A stretch of 64,000 nucleotides of DNA, taken from assembly GCF_006345805.1 (NCBI RefSeq), contig NC_042998.1:114204001-114268000 (forward strand), read 5' to 3'. The notes under the pieces were generated by a model. That model was given only the letters and a program-made list of their open reading frames with translations. It did not search any database and had not been told where the DNA came from. Both the position numbers and the translations under genes were made by a program. Origin of the DNA: Octopus sinensis. Taxonomy: Eukaryota. Below, in pieces: positions 14,965 to 29,498 of this stretch (within the stretch, counting starts at the first letter, position 1; each line of letters opens with the position of its first letter).

Positions 14965-15181
14965 CTTTCCTACTCTAGGCACAAGGTCCGAATTTTTTTT
15001 TTGGGGGGGGGCCAGTCGATTAGATCGACCCCAGTACGCAAGTGGTACTTAATTTATAGAATTTAGAAAGGATGAAAGGCAAAGTCGACTTTGGCGGAAT
15101 TCGAACTCAGAATGTAAATACAAACGAAATACTGCTAAGCATTTCGCCGGCGTGCTAACGTTTCTACCAGCTCACCACCTT
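14965..15181 (-). mobile_element. SINE family B
   Basis: Reverse complement matches the family B head and body (GGTGGTGAGCTGGTAGAAACGTTAGCACGCCGGCGAAATGCTTAGCAGTATTTCG...GTTCGAATTCCGCCAAAGTCGACTTTGCCTTTCATCC). Confidence 0.85.
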
Positions 15182-15673
15182 CTCAGTTTCCCCCATATTA
15201 TATGGTAAACATCCAGATCTAAAGGTAAATTGTATCAATTATTTACTTCTCTATGTATTTTGAGGTTAGATCCAGGTGCGGCTTAGCTTGCATTTCCTTC
15301 TTTCGAGTTAAGAAATTATACTAGTATTGAAGTTCCAGCGTCAACAAACTCGTAAGATTCCTTCTTCAAGTTGTGGCCCTATCCTTAAGAAATCGTTGTC
15401 ACTGTTTTCTAATAATGTTCGGTATCAGAAATACATGGTCTTTATTTCCTCAACTGGTTTTAATATGGAGTATATTTTCTCTGTCTGACTGTCTGTCTCT
15501 GCCTATGTCTGTGTATCTGCATGTCTATCTGAGAATCTGCCTGCCCGTCTGTGTCTGCTTGTCTTTCTGTTTGTCTATCTCTGTCTGTCTGCCTGTTTCT
15601 CTCTCTCTCTCTCTCGCTCTGTCTCCTACCCTTTGTGCACATGCAAATGTCTCTGTGCTTATATTGTGTGTGC

Positions 15674-15748
<75 letters not shown>

Positions 15749-15751
15749 TAT

Positions 15752-15792
<41 letters not shown>

Positions 15793-15798
<6 letters not shown>

Positions 15799-16090
15799 AT
15801 GGCCCAGTGGTTAGGACAGCGGACTCGCGGTCGTATGATCGCGGTTTCGATTCCCAGATCGGGCGTTGTGAGTGTTTATTGAGCGAAAACACCTAAAGCT
15901 CCACGAGGCTCCGGCAGGGGGTGGTGGCGAACCCTGCTGTACTCTTTGGCCACAACTTTCTCTCACTCTTTCTTCTGTTGGCCTGCTCACTTAGCCAGCG
16001 GGTGGCGTCATTTGAAGTGTAAAACAATGCGAAGCGCATTGTGACCAGCGATTTGTAGCAACATCTGATAGTCTGGTCGGTCACGGTGAT
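15793..16090 (+). mobile_element. SINE family C (tRNA head)
   Basis: GGGGCAATGGCCCAGTGGTTAGGACAGCGGACTCGCGGTCGTATGATCGCGGTTTCGATTCCCAG (A and B boxes); the head and body are shared with the copy at ~52110-52294. Confidence 0.85.
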
Positions 16091-16424
16091 GTATATATAT
16101 ATATACACAAAAATTAACAGAATGACATAAAAATCCAAGGTTGTGAAGGATTTCAGAAAATTTACAGCTGTTTCCGGGATATTTTATATATTCCTTCATC
16201 GGAGACGGTGTGAGAGAATGGTTAAGCAATAGTTATTCTAGATACGATATGAAAAAAAGAGTGAAGTGGACGAAGGAAAACAGACGTGAGATATGCGGGG
16301 ATGTTGTTTCTGCAGTTCCATTATTTAGGCAGAATGGTATACATAAAAGATTCCTGTACCTTGTGATTACTATTAATTAATCATATATATGTGTGTGTGT
16401 ATATATATATTATTATTGTTATTA

Positions 16425-16462
<38 letters not shown>

Positions 16463-16489
16463 TATTATTATTATTATTATTTTTTTTTT

Positions 16490-18553
16490 TTTTCTTCAAA
16501 TTTTCTTCTATTTCTTGCCGAGTGTCTTCCCGACTCCTAGGGCAAAGAAACTCATAGTGTATATTGGTAGGCCATTAAACCAAACTCAGAAGTTCGTTAA
16601 TTTTTTTTTTTTTTTTTAAAGTTAGATTAAAATACATGAGCAGCAACAGTTCTCACATCGACAATGCTCTTCTCAATACTGTGATGTACCAGTTAAGACA
16701 ATCTTTTGCACTTCTTGCAGGGATGGTAAGCCAGGGATCATTCTCATATAATTTTCGGTTCCCTTCTTGATCATTCCTAGTGCTCCTACGATCCTGGTAT
16801 TGTAACCGCCTTGAGATGCCACATTTTCTCAATTTCATGAGTAGGTCTTTATATTTTCTGAGCTTGTCAAACTCTTTCGCTGAGATATTATGATCACAGG
16901 GGATGCTCATGTCGATCAATAAGCAAACGTTTTTGTTTTGGTCTTTCACAACAATATCTGGTTTATTGGCCTTGATGGTTCGGTCTGTATGTACTGGAAA
17001 GTCCCACAGAATGGTTACATTTTCTCCTTCAGTTACAGCCTCAGGGTGGTGATTATACCACTTGTCGGCAGTTTTGATATTGTAATGCCAGTGTAGATAT
17101 TGGCCAACTCTGTCATGTCTTAATTTATACTCCACTGGTGCTAAGACTTTACATCCAGAGATTAGGTGGTCCAATGTTTCAATCATGTCGTTGCAGAATC
17201 GGCATTTTGGGTCTGCTCCATTTTTCATCACATTGGCCTGGTAGTTCCGGGTTAATAGGTTTTGATCTTGAGCAGCCAGGATGAAACCTTCGCTCTCTGC
17301 TTTTAGCCCTGAGCTCCGCAGCCACTGATGGGTTTGCTTCTGGTCAACATCAGCTTGTTTGCTGCGGGTCACATATTTGCCGTGCAGAGGTTTCTCCTCC
17401 CCCACCTATCAGCCAATTGCTCGTGCGCTTTTTTCATTGCCATCATTTTCACCTTCTTTGCAACATAGTTGTGCCGTACTTCCCTCGGGTTGTTCAGTTT
17501 GGGTATCCTGCACGAGATCAATAGCATTTTTTTGCTTTCCTTGATGATAGAATGAATCTTCTTTCGTCTCTCGTGATTTTCCACGAGCTTTAGCATCCAG
17601 TCATTCGATATTTCGAGATATTTGGCCAGTCCAATTGTGGTTGTTTTGTAAGCTAGTTCAAATTGGATCAGGCCTCGACCTCCTTGGGCTCTGGGAAGGT
17701 AAAGGCGATCTACGTCTGCCTTTGGGTGGTGCATCCTATTACAACTCAGCAGCTTGCGTATTTTTCTATCTATATTCTTTACTTCACTCATATTCCAGTT
17801 CAACACATTGTAGCTATAAGTAACAACTGGAACTGCTAAGGAATTTATAGCTAACACCTTGTTACGTGCATTTAGTTGAGATTTCAGGACTGCACGAACT
17901 CTCCTATAACATTCCTTCCTGATTTTCTCTTTCATGCTTGCATGCTGAATACCAGAGCCTTCATTTATCCCTAAATATTTGTATGTCTGTTCTTGCTCAA
18001 GCTCTCTTATGACTGTGTCAACATCTAACACGACTGAATTTGTGGTCTTCACTTTCCCTTTCTGGAAAGTGGTCTTGCACACTTCTCAAGTCCAAACTCC
18101 ATCCCGATGTCATCGCTGAATGCTTCACGGTGCGCAATAGGCCTTCAAGTTCATTATTGTCTTACCATAAAGTTTTAAGTCATCCATATAAAATAGATGG
18201 CTTATTTTTTTATTGGCAATTTTATACCCATACTCTGTTCTGTTTAATTCACTTGTAAGGGGTTTAGGGCTATGCAGAATATTAAAGGTGAAAGTGAGTC
18301 ACCTTGAAAAATTCCACAGTTGATGTTTATATTTTCTGAGGCAAGTACTCCATTAGAGTGGTATAATTGGAGATTCGTATTCCACAACGACATATTGTGC
18401 TTCAGGAAGTTTGAAATCACAGGGGAAATTTTGAAGATGTCCAGCGATCTCAAGATCCATGGATGCGGTATACTGTCGAAGGGCTTTTTATAGTCAATCC
18501 ATGCGGTGCTGAGATTTCTGCGCTTGTTGTGACAGTTCTCAAGGATCATACGA
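16490..18553 (-). mobile_element. 5'-truncated R4/Dong-clade LINE (RT + CCHC + restriction-like endonuclease), frameshifted
   Basis: ORFs 18244-18549 (AWIDYKKPFDSIPH, GIFQGDSLSPLIF), 17369-18082 (YKYLG, RLYLPRAQGGRGL) and 16653-17405 (CRFCNDMIETLDHLISGC zinc knuckle; RHD; ILWDF; NKPDIVV; LIDMSIP; K..KY..L RLE motifs). Both flanks are (TAA)n. Confidence 0.92.
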
Positions 18554-18757
18554 TTGATTATTATTATTATTATTATTGTTATTATTATTATTATTATTAT
18601 ATTATTATATTATTATTATTATTATTATTATTATCATTACCCTCATCGTATATGTGTGTGTCTTTGTGTTCGTGTCCCTCACCACAGCATGACAACCAAT
18701 GTTAATTTGTTTACGGTTCCTTTTAAGATAGCGGGCTGATATATATAAATATACCTT

Positions 18758-19188
18758 ATGTACAAGACATCACCAACAAGCGAAAAAACACGTAAACAAC
18801 GAAAGGTAAGTACGGGACAAAATATCAAAAGAAGTCGAGCACCTTCTCAGTTGTCGACTGTTTATTACTCCCTATTTCAAGCTTTCAACGACAATATAGG
18901 AAAACTGTATAAGAAAGCAGCATCTAGAAATTTATAAAATATAAAATTTGTGGAGAGTTAGAGCTTCGAACAAACAGCAAAAGAGTGGACGTACAGAGTA
19001 AGAAATTGATGAAGGACAAACATTAAGGGCTGTTAGGCCAAAACAGTCGACAACTGATGAGGAGTATTTTTCGTATTTTTCACTCTTTGTTGATGTCCTG
19101 TTGTTACTTTGTCTATTTTTGGTGTTTGTCCCTGTATTTATCTCTCATGTTTCTACATGTTTTTCGCTCGTTGGTGAGGCTTGTACTT
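18758..19188. mobile_element. Long inverted-repeat (fold-back) element
   Basis: Outer arms GTACAAGACATCACCAACAAGCGAAAAAACACGTA / TACATGTTTTTCGCTCGTTGGTGAGGCTTGTAC; inner arms TCAGTTGTCGACTGTTTT / AAAACAGTCGACAACTGA. Confidence 0.75.
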
Positions 19189-19280
19189 AATGTGTATTTT
19201 AAATTTGTTTATAATCGAATGCCACGCAGCTTTGTCCACAGTAAGTTTCCTACACACACACACACACATGCACACATCTA

Positions 19281-19520
19281 CAGGGTGGACCAAAAGTCAC
19301 GTGACAGTAAATCAGAACCATAAAATTCCAAGATTAAAACAAAAATAATATTTTATACGAGACTTCGCAAATAAATAAACAAATGTTGAAAAAAAAAACA
19401 GTGATTTTAACTCACAACATTCAATTGTGAAATATTCATAACTTGAATGAAGAAATAAAATTAAATATTAAGTATTTATGCAATTTTGATTTACTGTACG
19501 GTGACTTTTGGACAAACCTG
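19281..19520. mobile_element. Tc1/mariner-type MITE
   Basis: TIRs CAGGGTGGACCAAAAGTCACGTGACAGTAAATCA / TGATTTACTGTACGGTGACTTTTGGACAAACCTG; 5' TA present. Confidence 0.72.
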
Positions 19521-20111
19521 TTCATATAAACCAGCTAGTGGAGATGTCCTCTTGGGGTTAAAATAAACGTCGTTTCTGTCTTAGTAGGAGCTTTCTCACA
19601 TGTTTTACAACCTTACGAATTGTTATTAAAACATTTGTGTCAACAATCGAATATGGACGTTGTACTTCTTTAAACATGACTTCCAGCAAAGCTGACCATG
19701 AAGCAGTGAGAACAATGCTTGTACGACATCTTAAACAAGAGAAATCGAGTTATTGCAGTTAAAGGTGATTTTCAAACGACACAATAATTCCACGTACAGG
19801 GGCAGACAGAGACACCATTTCAGATCTCCCTCACTTGACAGTATGTGACAGCTAAAAAAGGTGGCTCATGAGCTATCGACGCTGATTTCACGAAATTTGA
19901 ACTTAGAACGCACGAGCAAATAACGGTGAATAGACTGAATCAACGTGAAGTGAAGTTCTTTGTCATAGGCAATACGAGTCGGTTGGTCTAGGAATCGAAA
20001 GCACGATTTTATGCTCATAAACCCAAAGAAAACATACACCTTTAATATGTGTGTGAGAGAGTGTGTGCGTGTATAAGTACATGCATAAATCATATATAAT
20101 ATATATATATA

Positions 20112-20161
<50 letters not shown>

Positions 20162-20392
20162 TACATACATTCATGCATACATACACACACACGTATACAC
20201 TCAGCCGTACAGAAACGTACACATATCTGTGTTAGTGTTAATGATTTTTTTCTAATTTTACACCACTAAAAAGATGTTGGATACAGTATTTCTTATATCG
20301 GTATTAAGTTTAAGTCTATCTGCCGGAATGAAATAATCGACTGCTCACCCAGTGTCAGCAATGTGCATAAATGCATGCATACATACATGTAC

Positions 20393-20460
<68 letters not shown>

Positions 20461-21107
20461 ATATATATATGTGTGTGATATATATGGAGAGTTATGTATG
20501 TGAGTATGCATATATATATATATATATGTATATACAATAAACGTAGCAAATTGTGTAACACAAAATTAATTATACAATATGTGGAATTTTTTCGTACGAA
20601 GCAAAAACATAAATATATTTAAGTTTGGTCAGTTCTGATTTCGTTTATACAAAATACGTTTTTTTAATCTTTTCCAAAAAAAAAAAACCTTCATTTTACT
20701 TTAGTGCAGTTTCTGCGTGTTTGATCTGAACTGGTATGTATTTCCTCAAATAAATTGCAGGAGATTGAAAACACGTTAAGAAATAGCAAAAAAATTATTG
20801 GAATCACTTGAAAGTGATTCAGATAAAAAATACTTCAACCTGCCAGAAAACCCCCAACAGTGAGCAAAATAGTTCTGCCAGCTTCTGTGAAATTCTGTGA
20901 AACTTCGAATCTTTATGTGTGTGTCGGGGGTAAGAGGGGTAGGTGCTAGGAAAAATAGAGAGAGAAAGGGAGTGAGAGTGAATTAGAAAGAGAGAGATGG
21001 GGGCAGACTTCCATAAACAGACAGGCAGAAAGAAACAATATCGACCATAGAATTACAGAAGTACAAAAGATAAATACACAAATAAAAATACATACATAAA
21101 TACAGAC

Positions 21108-21145
<38 letters not shown>

Positions 21146-21154
21146 TATGTGTGT

Positions 21155-21189
<35 letters not shown>

Positions 21190-21246
21190 CTGGTCAGAGA
21201 TTTATTATTGCTTATATATATATATATATATAGTCATCCACACACA

Positions 21247-21302
<56 letters not shown>

Positions 21303-22039
21303 TACATACATAAATAGAGAGAGAGAGAGTACAGATGACAGATTGGTCGGTAAATAAGAACATATATATTGAAATCGATGGATTGATAGATAGAAATGCA
21401 TGAAGTTGTCGAGTCTCTAATGTGTCAGTGTATATACACAGCAATATATGTGTGTGTCTCTCTCTCTATATATATATGCCTGTGTGTGTGTGTTTACACA
21501 TATCTTTTCATATCTATATACATGTATGTATATTCATATATATACGCTTATGTATATATATGTGTGTGTGTAAGTATGTGTGTATATTTGTTTGTGTGCG
21601 TTTGCGTGTGTGTGTGTGTAGGAGAAAAAAAGGGGTTAAAGTGACATCAGGGGAAAGAAAAACGTACGAACACATGTGTGAAGGGAAGGGGGAATAGGAC
21701 TTCGCAATATTGAGAACTGAGTTATGTAATTGATTGAAAGCCGAAACCTTAGATATTATTACTTATATTTTCTCGTTTCGGACTTTAAGACGACGATTTA
21801 GAAAAATGAAACATAAAATCTATCATGTAATGAATATAAAGAATATATGTTTGAATATCATAACGATAAGATTTATGGGTTACGCTTCCAAGATATTTAC
21901 AACGCAAATAGCGTTAAGTATAGGGTTCTTATGAATCAAGTGCATTGATCGGTTAAAGAACCAAGCATTTGCAACTTTTATGTTGATAACCGGATTACAG
22001 CATATGATGTTTCTTAGGTTTGCGAATATCAAAACGTGT

Positions 22040-22520
22040 TGTCAGGTGGTAAGCTAGTAGACTCGTCCGCACGCCGGGCAAAAAGCTTAGAGACAATTCG
22101 TCTCGCTTTACATTCTTCTATGAAACTCCACCGTGGTCGACTCCGTCTTTCATCCCTTCAAGGTTGATAAAATAAGTACCAGCCAAGAACTGGGATCGAT
22201 GCAATCGGCTAACACCCTCCTCCAGAATCTCACCAGAAAGGAATATTAAAGCGTGTTGTATATTGTATATTATCAGTAACACTATTAATATAAATAACCT
22301 TATAATTGTTTCCTCTATAGGCTCAAGTCCTGAAGCGTTGTGGGAAGCGACTACTCGATTACATCGATCCCAATTCTTGTGACTGGTAAATAACCTATCG
22401 ACCTCGAAAGGATGAAAGATGAAATTGACCCCGACGGAAATTGAACCCAGAACGTAAAGAGTCGGAAAAATGTCGCTAAGTATATTTTTTTGTATTCGAT
22501 TCCTTCAACTCGCCAGCTTT
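22040..22520. mobile_element. Two decayed SINE family B copies in opposite orientation
   Basis: The + copy (~22040-22260) and - copy (~22310-22520) both carry GTCGACT..CTTTCATCC..GTTGATAAAATAAGTACCAG-like motifs. Confidence 0.55.
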
Positions 22521-22780
22521 TGACCTGAAATATAAAGAAGATATTACGTTTATAAAAACGCAGAATTACATTTATAGACTATAACTGCGAGCAGTAAATA
22601 TGTTTCTTATTCATATATGATAAAAAATTAAGCTTTAAGAATAGGGTAAATTAATTGGTGTCATAATTAAAGGTAATATCCAAAACTTTATCTATACTAA
22701 GATTAATTATTTTCAAAATATTTCCTTCTATAAGTGTAGCCCTCTGTCTCTATATCTCATATAATCTTTTTTATGCGTAG

Positions 22781-23001
22781 GGCGGCGAGCTGGCAGAATC
22801 TTTAACACGCCTGGCGAAATGCTTAGCGCTATTTGGTCTGCCGTTACGTTCTGAGTTCAAATTCCGCCGAGGTCAACTTTGCCTTTCATCCTTCGGGTCG
22901 ATTAAATAAGTACCAGTTACACACGGATGTCAATGTAATCGACTTAATCCCTTTGTTTTTCCCCTCTATGTTTAGCCTCCTTGCGGGCAATAAAGAAATA
23001 A
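22781..23001 (+). mobile_element. SINE family B, near full length
   Basis: GGCGGCGAGCTGGCAGAATC..GAAATGCTTAGCG..GAGTTCAAATTCCGCCGAGGTC..TAAGTACCAG..AATCGACTTAATCCC..ATAAAGAAATAA. Confidence 0.9.
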
Positions 23002-23099
23002 ATATTTTATACGTGTGTGAGTACATAAGATTCTTTTGTTCCATCTCTTCAAAACACTGTTTGATAAATTATTCAAACATTTCCATTGTATGCTTATAC

Positions 23100-23675
23100 G
23101 TCATCCTTCGTCCAACCTATGGTGGGTCGGAATTCCATTGATAATCCCTTTCCACACCACACGATCCTGCATCACTCTGTTCAGATCTCTGATATCCAGC
23201 CCTGAGTTCCAAGATATAGTATCTGGAAATGTCAGTTTCCCGGAGAAAATACTTCCAGAGGGATGCCATAGGAGCAGGGATAAGATAACCTTTTTCTCTG
23301 CTCGATGACAGCGGCCAGCAAATTGTAGCTGTTTCTGCTTTAGCTTGAGGGATATTAGTATCAGATTTCCGTTGACGTTACTAAGCGTTGGGTGTGATCT
23401 CCAACTGATGATCTGTATCTTTCTGAGCAGGTTGGTATATGTTCCATCTAGTAGTTTTTCTAAGAGAGCCGATAAGGTCCAGGTCTCTGATACGTAGAGA
23501 AGGTCCGGGTCAATCAGTGTCCTAAATATTTAAACTTTTAACGTGGGTGGAAGGTTTGAGTGCCAGATATTATCAAGTCTGCTACATGCACCCCAAGCAA
23601 AAGCTTTGCGGATTCGAAAGTCCTTTTGAGAGTCTATGTGTGATCCAAGATATTTGAAGTCGTCAACGTTTTTGA
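23100..23675 (-). mobile_element. RTE-group LINE 3' fragment (pseudogenised RT C-terminus)
   Basis: Manual translation: VDDFKYLGSHI..DFRIRKAFAWGACSRLDNIWHSNL..LLYVSETWTL..LDGTYTNLLR..QFAGRCHR..DRVVWKGII. Confidence 0.82.
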
Positions 23676-23851
23676 TTGATATATTATATTACCTTTCTGT
23701 CTTCGACACAGAAATACTAACAAGAAGGTCAGAAAAGATTCTAGAAGTTTTGACTTTTATCAAATTCTACTTATATGCTGTATATATATATATAATAATA
23801 TATATATATACGTATGTATGTATGTTTGTTTGTGTCTATGTATATACACAA

Positions 23852-24077
23852 ACGAGGGGTTTCTGAAAAGTTCCTTGCTTTAACGGTGTCGCGAAAGGCA
23901 TGGTCGGAGATCCAGCTTTCTGAATTATTTTACAGGTCTCAGAAAAAGTGAAGGGCTGCTGCAATAAGTGTGTGAATCTGAAGAGAGGAACATGTTGAAC
24001 AAAAATCGTAATAAACTGATCTAACAGAACCTGTATTTTCTTTTACCCAAAGTCAAGAGCTTTCAGAAGACCCTCAT
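23852..24077 (+). mobile_element. mariner-derived MITE
   Basis: Imperfect TIRs CGAGGGGTTTCTGAAAAGTT / AGCTTTCAGAAGACCCTCAT; an internal remnant resembles a mariner C-terminus (NKCVNL..). Confidence 0.65.
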
Positions 24078-24119
24078 ACACACACACACACACACACACA
24101 TATTATATATATGTATATG

Positions 24120-24150
<31 letters not shown>

Positions 24151-24704
24151 ATGTATGTAAGTATACAGAGACGTTTTTATTCTCAATCACCCTGTTGAGA
24201 TTAGTATTCTTATAAACTTGTTGATACCCTACTGTTGAGCTAATCGACAAAATTCACACCATTAAAACTTTGTGCTAAATACTACCAAATAGAACTGTTC
24301 ATCGATAACTCAGTTTTACTTTTAGATGACATTTCGCTTTGATCTAACGTTCTTTCTTTCGTTTATTTTCTACATATCTCCCTATCACAATTTCTGGTTG
24401 TTATTCTTTATTTTCTTTTCGGTTTTCATATCATGTGTTCTCCCTACTTATTTAAAATTGTTTCATCCGTGGTACAGCTATTTCCAAATTACTTTCGATA
24501 TAACTCATGGCATTATAAGAGTAGATATACATATATAAAAAAAACTGTTGTAATATGTTGTAATTCCAACCCCCTGCTATATAAATATAAATTTACGTAA
24601 GGATAAAAAAATCACATATATAATATGATATATACATACATGCATATACACAAACATAAACACACATAACATATATAAAAAATATATATGTGTGTGCATG
24701 TGTG

Positions 24705-24736
<32 letters not shown>

Positions 24737-25074
24737 TGTATGTATGTATGTATGTATGTATGCATGTATGTATGTATGTATATTTGGCATCTCCGACGAA
24801 AAGGAAAAAAACATGATAAAAATGGAGAGAAATCTCTTTAACTGTTCGTGATCTGTTTTCTATCTAAATGCTCAAATAGAGACGTTAGAAAACATTACGA
24901 AAGAAGATCATGTTACAAAGCTTGTGATAAAAATGGAAGAACTATTTCTCAAATGCATTCCAAAATAGCGTTGGTTTTAGAAATGCAATATCAGCTTTGT
25001 GTAGTGAAGGAGAAAATAAAGAATCCAGTATGTAATTATCATATATATTCTATGTATGTATATATATATATATC

Positions 25075-25108
<34 letters not shown>

Positions 25109-27449
25109 ATATCTATGTCTATATCTTTATATATATATATATATGATATGCAAAGAGGATACAGGTATTTCTCTGTGATTAATATTTGTGGAACAAACAC
25201 GTGGCTCTGGGTTCAATCCAATAACGTGGTTTGGCCTTCGGGAGTAAAATTCTGTTGTATGGAAATTGTAGAAACCTGTTAAATGAATTTCCCTGTTATT
25301 AGTGAAGTGGGTTGCCTTACCCCGCTCGATTTAATAACATATTTTAAATAAATGTGCCTTAACAAAGGTTTTTCAGGAGCGTTAAACCAGACCCTGCTCT
25401 GCTGAGCGAGAATATCAAAAGGCCAAAAACTTTCGAACCGTAATTATTCGGATTTTTCGCTTCGTCAAAGGAATCCAGGACCATATTACGTAACGCATCC
25501 TTTTCTAGGGTGCTATATGGGTGAGATATGGATCCCGTTTCTAATAGATCATGCAAACACTTAGAGGATCTCTCGTTAGCTTGTGACTACATATAGTTGA
25601 TAACTTTAGTTGTAAATTTGTCAAGCGAATGGATTATCATCTAGCCTTCTCTATCATAATTCTGAAGAGATCGAATAGACTTACGATGAAAGGCACACAA
25701 CCCATGATAATCCCATTTTTATGTATATATGTATATATGTATGCATATATGTATGTATGTCTGTATATATAGCATATATATATGTATGTATGTGTGTGTT
25801 TGTGTGTGAGGGGCCCTGGTCTTTGATACGGCATCTCTCAAGGATAAGTCTAACTCATATAAAGCCTACTGCTCTACTGAGCCGAATATCTTACACTTTG
25901 TGTCTTGGCTTCTTGGTATTGCTAGTAAGAGTCATTGTGGTGTTGTGCAAGCTGCACTCGACTTCAAACAATTGCACAGTTATTGTTGACACTTACCTAT
26001 CAACAATGGTCGTGCTCGTCTAGCGAGTAGATAGCCACCCTCATCATAAATTATAATCTTGCATACAATCTAAATCTGCGATTATTTGATACTCTTTGTC
26101 TATGGAGAATTTCAAATGGAATTTCAGATGAGATGTCTAAGGATTAACTCTATGTAAAAAGTACCCTTGTATAAGTTTTGCTGACGTTAATCTTAAAGAC
26201 TTGATTTTTTGTTATATAGACCGAAGTCAGCTTCCATTCTCGAAACAGACTGGCACAAGTTGGAAACAAGTTCAGCTTGTAAATAGGGATGTCTTTTGTT
26301 TCTTCGATATTAATTAGATAGCTTGGTAGGTTACGATGCGCGTGCTTTATGGACCCTGGGACAATTTTCAGGTTAGTGGGATTTTGAACATAGAACGTAA
26401 AGAGTCGCAACATAAAACACATTACACATGCTCAATCTCAGAAAGGCAAGTACACGCAACAAACACCTACTCGTACACTCATGCTCTCGGATAGAAAGAC
26501 AACAGGAGTGAACACACACACAAACACAGACACACACACGCACACACATAGAGCTAAGTATAAACTTATGCACACACCTATATATACACATAAACACATA
26601 TATCCACAGATGTATATATACATATATACACACACACATAATACATATATTGGTATCTATCTATATATCTGTCTATACGTATACATACATACATACATAC
26701 ACATACATATGTATATATATATACATGTACTAACATGTGTTATATATGTATATACAAACACTTACACTACATATAGACAGGAAAGTGAGAAAGGTATACA
26801 CGTGTGTGAGTGTGTGTGTGTTTGTGTATGTGTGTATGTGTGTGTATGTATGTGTGTTTGTGCGTGTGTGCGTATGTCCATGTATATATGTGTGTGTGTG
26901 TGTGTGTGTATCTGTGAATGAACAGTAAGCCAAAGGATGAAGAGCTACAAATGACCTAAAAACTTACAACCAGACACACAAATAGAGGCTAAAAATCTGA
27001 TTTATAATACTGAAAAGAAAACAGACAAGAAAGAGAGAACGTATGAAAGATTATGTCCGTAAATGACTTGATGATGCTATTTTGAAGAAGATTTACTGAA
27101 AAGGTAAGTTTATCTCGCCTGATTGCAAAACGGTAACGACGTACCTCATTGAACTTAGCAGATTCTATTGATTCAATGATTCAATGACAAGAAATGAGCA
27201 GAGGCTGCGTGAGTTCGGTGTGGAAAGGTGGGGATGAATGTGTTTGTATGTGTGTGCATGTATATATATATAATAAGTGTGTGTGCGTGTGTATATATGC
27301 ATTATGTATGTATGTGTGCACGTGTGCGTGTGTGTACACACATATATTTGTAAGTGCATACGTATACATGGATACTTGTATATACCTATATATATATATA
27401 TACTTGTATATATATATATATATTATATAAGTATAAGTATATATCTCTT

Positions 27450-27497
<48 letters not shown>

Positions 27498-27509
27498 AAT
27501 GTATATATA

Positions 27510-27552
<43 letters not shown>

Positions 27553-28430
27553 CACATACATTCCCTCTGTCGTTAGTAGAGCCTTGCTTCCAGGAAATCA
27601 CTGCTCCCTTTAATACGTGGCGATCGTCTACCTAATGTTCCCAATCAAATTGTTTAATTTCCCGCCTTCTTCAGAAAAGAAGTCCGAACCGCTTTGTTGC
27701 TTTGTCGTCTCCAGCCGAAGATTCGCTGACAAATTGTGGAAAGCCAAAGTCATAATCGAATACAACCATTCAATGATAAATGTTAAGGCTTTTGTTTGTT
27801 TTTCTATAGGTTTAACATACTGTTTTTACATTTTTTTTTTAATCTCCTTTCCTCTAGTTGCTTCCTCCAACAATATGTCCTTATATCTCTCCGATCTTTC
27901 TGTGTCTAACTTTCTCTATTTCTGTTATATTATTTCTTCAGCGTCCTCATTTCTTTCTAAATGTCTCTTCTATTCATCAACTCCTATCATACGAGGGATT
28001 AGTTTTTTTTTGTTTCGTCTTAATCTATCAACATTTACCCATCTCCCATTCTATACATCACTTCTTTTCATTTATACGTATCCTTCACATCTCCCTCCTC
28101 TATCTGTCTTCCACAAACACATACAAAAATATACACATATATTTCTCACCTCCCCTTTTATAAGTAAACACACACCTCTGCACATGACACCCTTTTTCGT
28201 ATATACATCGTATATACTGCTGACAAGACTCTGTAGTCGACCGATGAACCAGAAATAGCAGTCAAATATTTCTAAAATCTCATCCAACCTTCTGAAAAGC
28301 GGAAGAATACGTTGCTTCAAGTAGCTTGGGCTACACTAATCCGCAGTCTAATGACTGACATACGTAAAGGATAAAAGATAAATACATACATATATACATA
28401 CATATACGTACATATACATACATACATACA

Positions 28431-28464
<34 letters not shown>

Positions 28465-28586
28465 CATACATATATACATACATACATGCATACATACACA
28501 CACATACACACAATCACACACACGCACACACATTTATGAAAAAAGCAAAGTACTTCCTCTTCATTTCAGCATATATATATATGTGT

Positions 28587-28645
<59 letters not shown>

Positions 28646-29462
28646 ATGTATATATATATATATTGCTTTGGCCTTCAATTACACTTTTTTATATGGCATC
28701 CATCATCGGAAATAAATAAATTAATCAATAAAAAAAATAATATATAAATAAACGGAAAATCAAGAAATAAAAATAAATAATACTAGAGAAACGTAAAAGC
28801 ATCAGAAATATTTAAATATACAAACGAATAAAATCCGATATTTAGACTTTCAGAATTTGTGCCGTTGAAAACAAAAGGTCCAGGACTAAAAGGTACTGAG
28901 AGGAACCATAGAGAACGAAAGAAAAATATGAACACACACATACATGCACGAGTAAAAGCTCAATCATGCGCACACAGAGTTAAAGCACATATACACAGTT
29001 AAGAGTCGTATTAAGAATAAAGTGTGTATCAAAAATTACTCATAGGACTGGTCTAAAACTTTGAATAATCTAGAGTGAGAAAATAGCTTCCACCAAGAAT
29101 CCAGTTAGAAGACGCCTCCAGGATACATATCTTAACTAGACTATATTCTTATATAGAGAGTATAGTCCCTCTATTTCAGTTTTTGGCTTTCTTTTTCATG
29201 TCACTATTAATCATGGACAACTGATTATCACTCAAGAAAAATGCAAGAAAAAGTAAGAAATATATTTCTAAAGAGGAAATTTTCTATATATATATTTGTG
29301 CGCACACATTTTTCTATGTGTAACTGTGTGTTTCACAAGATCACACAAACACGTTCACCTACACACCCACATGCATATATGCACACACACACATACACAC
29401 ACACACATTACACACCCACCACACACACCACACACAACACAGTATCCATATATAATACATAT

Positions 29463-29498
<36 letters not shown>

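Noticed and set aside
25990-26065. Possible minus-strand exon (IVCKIIIYDEGGYLLARRARPLLI) with a GTAAGT donor
   Set aside because: Poor acceptor, no homology recognised, no partner exons.
27617-28258. 213-aa hydrophobic ORF
   Set aside because: Lies on a T/C-rich low-complexity strand that is depleted of stops; no recognisable motif or splice context.
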